This document shows positions 58,140 to 61,724 of a stretch of 61,724 nucleotides of DNA, one piece after another. The stretch covers positions 64,001-125,724 of the forward strand of contig DAOTTV010000078.1 of NCBI GenBank assembly GCA_034437755.1. The letters are read 5' to 3'. The stretch's first letter is position 1, and the number at the start of each line of letters is the position of its first letter. The translations under genes and the position numbers were made by a program. This stretch comes from Anaerolineae bacterium. GTDB lineage: Bacteria; Chloroflexota; Anaerolineae; Aggregatilineales; Phototrophicaceae. Below the pieces are notes generated by a model. The model had not been told where the DNA came from and searched no databases. It saw only the letters and a program-made list of their open reading frames with translations.

Positions 58140-59027
58140 ATGGGCTTCCTGAATATCGACAAACCTTTACAGCAGACGAGCCATGACGTGGTCGCACAAG
58201 TCCGACGCTTGACGCGACGCGAGGCTGGCATCAAGAAAGTCGGGCATGCGGGCACGCTTGACCCGCTGGCAAGCGGCGTGCTGGTGCTGTGCGTCGGGCA
58301 GGCGACCCGTCTCAGCGAATATGCGATGAGTAGCACCAAACAGTATCGCGCACAAATCGCACTCGGCGTGACGACCGATACCTATGATGCCGAAGGCACG
58401 ATCGTGACCGAACGCGACGTGAGCCACATCACACAAGCCGATGTCGAGGCGGTTCTGCCACAATTCACAGGTGCTATTGAGCAAGTCCCGCCGATGTACA
58501 GCGCGATCAAGCAGGATGGCAAGAAGCTCTACGAACTCGCCCGCGACGGCATCGACGTTGAGCGCCCGCCGCGCCCCGTGACAATCCACGAGCTATCAAT
58601 CACGGCGTGGGATGCGCCACACGTCACAATAGACGTGACCTGTAGCTCTGGCACGTATATTCGCAGTCTCGCCTATGACATCGGCACTGTGCTGGGTATC
58701 GGGGGGCATTTAGCTGGTTTGATACGCACGCGTAGCGGGAGCTTCGCGCTGGCGGACGCGATCGCACTCGACGATTTGCTCGCGGGTGGTCGTGGTTGGC
58801 AGCAGCACTTGATCGCCCCGCGCCATGCCCTGCAAGATTGGCACAGCCGCGCCCTCAGCGACGACGAAGCGCAGGACATCCAGCACGGACGCTTCATCAC
58901 ACGCACAGCAGACGACAGCGCCGACGCTTACATCATGGCGACGATGCCCGATGGACATTTATTGGCAGTGTTGGAAAACCGCGAGACACACTGGAAACCG
59001 CACAAGGTTTTTCCACCTCAAACCTGA
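58140..59027 (+). CDS. truB: tRNA pseudouridine(55) synthase.
   Basis: 'GFLNIDKP..VGHAGTLDPLASGVLVLCVG' contains the catalytic Asp. A PUA-like C-terminus follows. TTG 58125 and GTG 58137 are alternative starts. Confidence 0.85.
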   Translation: MGFLNIDKPLQQTSHDVVAQVRRLTRREAGIKKVGHAGTLDPLASGVLVLCVGQATRLSEYAMSSTKQYRAQIALGVTTDTYDAEGTIVTERDVSHITQADVEAVLPQFTGAIEQVPPMYSAIKQDGKKLYELARDGIDVERPPRPVTIHELSITAWDAPHVTIDVTCSSGTYIRSLAYDIGTVLGIGGHLAGLIRTRSGSFALADAIALDDLLAGGRGWQQHLIAPRHALQDWHSRALSDDEAQDIQHGRFITRTADDSADAYIMATMPDGHLLAVLENRETHWKPHKVFPPQT

Positions 59028-59054
59028 TAATATCTGTGAGAGATTAGAGTAGGC

Positions 59055-59981
59055 ATGCAACACATTCAACGTTTAGAAGATTGCCAACTAAAACAAGCCT
59101 CCGTCGTAACCATTGGCGTGTTCGATGGCGTACATCGCGGACACCAAGCCCTCATCAAAGAACTCGTTCAGGTCGCCCGACAAGCCGGACAACGCGCCGT
59201 CGTGATGACCTTTTTCCCCCATCCAGATATTGTCCTGCGCGGGCTATCAGGGCGCTATTATTTGACTAGCCCGACCCAACGGGCACACCTACTCGGTGAA
59301 TTAGGGGTCGATGTCGTGGTAACGCATCCCTTCAACGACGATGTTCGTAACATTCGTGCGGCAGATTTCGTCCAGAAGCTCGTAAAGCATCTACAGATGA
59401 AAGCGCTGTGGGTTGGCGAAGATTTTGCACTGGGCTACCAGCGTGAAGGTACGGTCGATTACCTGACGCAACTGGGCACAGAGCGCGGTTACACGGTCAA
59501 ACCGCTGACACTCGTCGCAGAGGGCGATAATGCGATTACCAGCACGGCGATTCGCTCACATCTCACAGCGGGGGACATCGCGACCGCCAACAACTTGTTG
59601 GGGCGCATGTATCATATACAGGGCGCAGTCGTCAAAGGCGACCAGCGCGGGCGGGTGATCGGCTTCCCGACAGCGAATATGGCGGTCTGGGATCAGCAGA
59701 TTTTGCCCCAACACGGCGTATATGCGGGTTGGGCGACACTCGGTGACGAACGCTTCATGGCAGTGGCGAATATTGGCGTGCGCCCGACGTTCGAGGGACA
59801 GACGGTGACGGTTGAACCGCACTTGCTAGATTTCGACCGCGATATTTACGGCGAGATACTGTCCTTCCAGTTTGCCAAGCGCCTCCGTGGTGAGCAAAAG
59901 TTCGATGGTTTCAGCGCACTCAAAGCACAATTGACGCGCGACATCGAAGCCGGACGGGCGTATCTCGACAGCCAAACTTAA
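59055..59981 (+). CDS. ribF: Bifunctional riboflavin kinase / FMN adenylyltransferase.
   Basis: 'VVTIGVFDGVHRGHQAL' is the adenylyltransferase domain. 'GAVVKGDQRGRVIGFPTAN' is the riboflavin kinase domain. Confidence 0.9.
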   Translation: MQHIQRLEDCQLKQASVVTIGVFDGVHRGHQALIKELVQVARQAGQRAVVMTFFPHPDIVLRGLSGRYYLTSPTQRAHLLGELGVDVVVTHPFNDDVRNIRAADFVQKLVKHLQMKALWVGEDFALGYQREGTVDYLTQLGTERGYTVKPLTLVAEGDNAITSTAIRSHLTAGDIATANNLLGRMYHIQGAVVKGDQRGRVIGFPTANMAVWDQQILPQHGVYAGWATLGDERFMAVANIGVRPTFEGQTVTVEPHLLDFDRDIYGEILSFQFAKRLRGEQKFDGFSALKAQLTRDIEAGRAYLDSQT

Positions 59982-60046
59982 GCGTTGCTCATTTTATCTT
60001 ACACAAATCCTACAGCCCGTTCATTTACCTGCGATAGCTATCCAAC

Positions 60047-60113
60047 AAACGTAACATATGCTGTAATTAAGTTCATAAAGCAATTGAGGGAGCCAGACAA
60101 CATATGTTACGTT
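60047..60113 (+). promoter_or_regulatory. Perfect 13-bp inverted repeat (AACGTAACATATG ... CATATGTTACGTT) separated by 41 nt. It encloses the RBS GAGGGAG, and its 3' arm covers the ATG of the DUF1328 gene.
   Basis: The arms are exact reverse complements at 60047-60059 and 60101-60113. In mRNA this would form a structure that sequesters the start codon. Confidence 0.4.
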
Positions 60114-60267
60114 TAGCTATTGGATTAGTCGTACTCGCATTATTCGCCGCATTTCTCGGTTTTGGAGGAGTCGCCGGTCTCGCGAAGGTGCAGAATTAGT
60201 ATTCGTCGTCTTCTTGGTGCTGGCAGTTCTCGGCGCTATCTTCGGCAGTAACAACATTACTAGATAA
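60104..60267 (+). pseudogene. UPF0391/DUF1328 (YtjA-like) small membrane protein gene interrupted by a frameshift near nt 60185.
   Basis: Frame 1 gives 'MLRLAIGLVVLALFAAFLGFGGVAGLAKVQN*'. The shifted frame starting at 60187 continues 'GAELVFVVFLVLAVLGAIFGSNNITR*'. Joined, the two match YtjA-type proteins (E. coli YtjA '[29 protein letters not shown]'). Confidence 0.5.
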
Positions 60268-60315
60268 TCGAGCGCGTATTGACCGCTATCGCAGGGGTGG
60301 CGGTCGATTTTTGAT

Positions 60316-61260
60316 TCAGTCGTCATCTGCCGGTATAAAATAGCCGACACGCTTCATGAAGGCGTCGTCACTGCGCCAATTCTTGAGGACTTTGACGTGC
60401 AAGTCAAGATAGACCGGACGACCGATCATCGCCTTGATCGCCTGCCGCGCATCCGTGCCGATGCGCTTGATCATTGCCCCACCCTTGCCGATGATGATGC
60501 CCTTCTGCGAGCTTTTTTCGACGTAGATATTGGCATAAATATCGGTGCGTTTCTCACGATCTTTATAATCAAAGACTTCGACGGCGACCGCGTGCGGTAT
60601 TTCCTGTTGCGTCAACAGCATAATCTGCTCGCGGATCAATTCAGCGACGATGAAGCGCATGTTCAAATCGCTGACTTGCTCAACCGGGTAGTAACGCGGC
60701 CCTCGCGGTAATCGCTGGAAAATATCTTGCACGAGTTGCTTAACCTCCGTGCCGCCTGCCAGCGCATTGAGACGATATGCGTTATCGTGATCGATGATCT
60801 CTAAATGCGCCGCCAAGCTCGCGCCTTCTGGCACGCGATCAATCTTATTCAGCACCAGCATCATCGGCGTTTTACCCACATATGGGCGCACCGTCGCGGC
60901 GATGTGATGATCCGCTTTTTGCGGGACTTCGCTCGCATCCATGATCCACACGATCACATCAGCATCCGTCAGCGCCGTCTCGGCAACTGTCATCATGTAT
61001 TCGCCGAGTTTGGTCTGCGGGGCGTGTAATCCGGGTGTATCCACGAACAGGATTTGCCCACCATCCATCGTATGAATCCCCAGTTGATTGCGACGGGTGG
61101 TCTGCGGTTTAGGCGTGGTGATCGCAATTTTTTGACCGAGAATGGCGTTAATCAGTGTCGATTTACCCACATTCGGGCGACCGACAACCGCGACCACCCC
61201 CGACCGATGATCGTCTGACCAATCGTCGCTAAAAACTGTATCGAGATCGTTGGTACTCAT
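60316..61260 (-). CDS. era: GTPase Era.
   Basis: 'VAVVGRPNVGKSTL', 'DTPG' and 'NKID' are the G domain, followed by the C-terminal KH domain. ATG 61260 overlaps the stop of the upstream gene (ATGA). Confidence 0.9.
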   Translation of the reverse strand: MSTNDLDTVFSDDWSDDHRSGVVAVVGRPNVGKSTLINAILGQKIAITTPKPQTTRRNQLGIHTMDGGQILFVDTPGLHAPQTKLGEYMMTVAETALTDADVIVWIMDASEVPQKADHHIAATVRPYVGKTPMMLVLNKIDRVPEGASLAAHLEIIDHDNAYRLNALAGGTEVKQLVQDIFQRLPRGPRYYPVEQVSDLNMRFIVAELIREQIMLLTQQEIPHAVAVEVFDYKDREKRTDIYANIYVEKSSQKGIIIGKGGAMIKRIGTDARQAIKAMIGRPVYLDLHVKVLKNWRSDDAFMKRVGYFIPADDD

Positions 61261-61724
61261 GATTGTGTCTGTTGCCAATCGGCTATAGTCGGGTAGCGGG
61301 TCAAATGTTGTCGCAGGCGTGCGGGCAAATCATCCGGCGCTGGTGCAATCAGCGCCGTGACCTGTGCCAGCGGCTTGGTCGCGCTCGCATCGGCGTAAAC
61401 CAGCACATGCACCGGATATTCTAAATCCAGCGACTTGATGACGACCATATCATCTTCGCCATCGTTGCGATGCCCGATCACATCACCGCGCGGATACAGA
61501 TTACTGCGCTTGAATAAGAACGTCCATGCCGGCTCGCCGGTGAGGAACTCGCCATAATCGAGCGCGATCAGCGCCGGCACGATGCTCAGGTGGGGCTTCC
61601 CCAAAAACACCACCCCGTAGCGCACGATAAGTTCGCCGTCGGCAATCGTCTTCGCATCGGTAGCGTCATCGGGGGATGCGGTCGTCAGCACATAGGTCTC
61701 ATCGTCGTATGTCAGCACAGTTCC
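61257..61724 (-). CDS. Hypothetical protein, 5'-truncated by the window edge and translationally coupled to era.
   Basis: The ORF is open to the window end, and its stop TGA overlaps the era ATG. Confidence 0.4.
   Translation of the reverse strand, partial: GTVLTYDDETYVLTTASPDDATDAKTIADGELIVRYGVVFLGKPHLSIVPALIALDYGEFLTGEPAWTFLFKRSNLYPRGDVIGHRNDGEDDMVVIKSLDLEYPVHVLVYADASATKPLAQVTALIAPAPDDLPARLRQHLTRYPTIADWQQTQS

Overview
This is a 61.7 kb, about 58% GC chromosomal segment with gene content and Thr/Pro-rich linkers typical of a Chloroflexota-like bacterium (inference). No transposase, integrase or CRISPR array is present. It is mostly core metabolism and housekeeping. Left to right it carries: a xanthine-dehydrogenase-family molybdoenzyme cluster (fused FAD/2Fe-2S subunit, Mo subunit, YqeC-like/MocA fusion, punA) that is interrupted by a roughly 2.9 kb insert; panB-panC, where panB carries an in-frame internal deletion; a zinc peptidase; fabF-fabH; a GNAT/OSBS-family enolase/proC block convergent with a P5C dehydrogenase; tRNA-Leu(CAG); a membrane-anchored beta-lactamase-fold hydrolase; a maltodextrin-type ABC uptake operon; a DUF971 protein; a lipoprotein/six-hairpin glycosidase/PAS-kinase operon; two MsbA-like ABC exporters; rRNA/SAM methyltransferases; argS and dcd; RNase H; tRNA-Val(TAC); an OmpR-type regulator; a GAF-PAS kinase plus a CpXC protein; a GH5 hydrolase; the nusA-ylxR-infB-rbfA-nrnA-truB-ribF operon; a frameshifted DUF1328 gene; and era. 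The most interesting locus is that insert. It contains a translationally coupled membrane protein, a roughly 500 nt hairpin-rich non-coding leader, and a roughly 600 aa two-domain protein whose C-terminus has a purine-nucleoside-phosphorylase/MTAN fold. A 47 nt palindromic motif occurs twice, upstream of that gene and directly at the ribosome-binding site of the Mo-subunit gene. Together these suggest an undescribed purine-linked module co-regulated with the molybdoenzyme.
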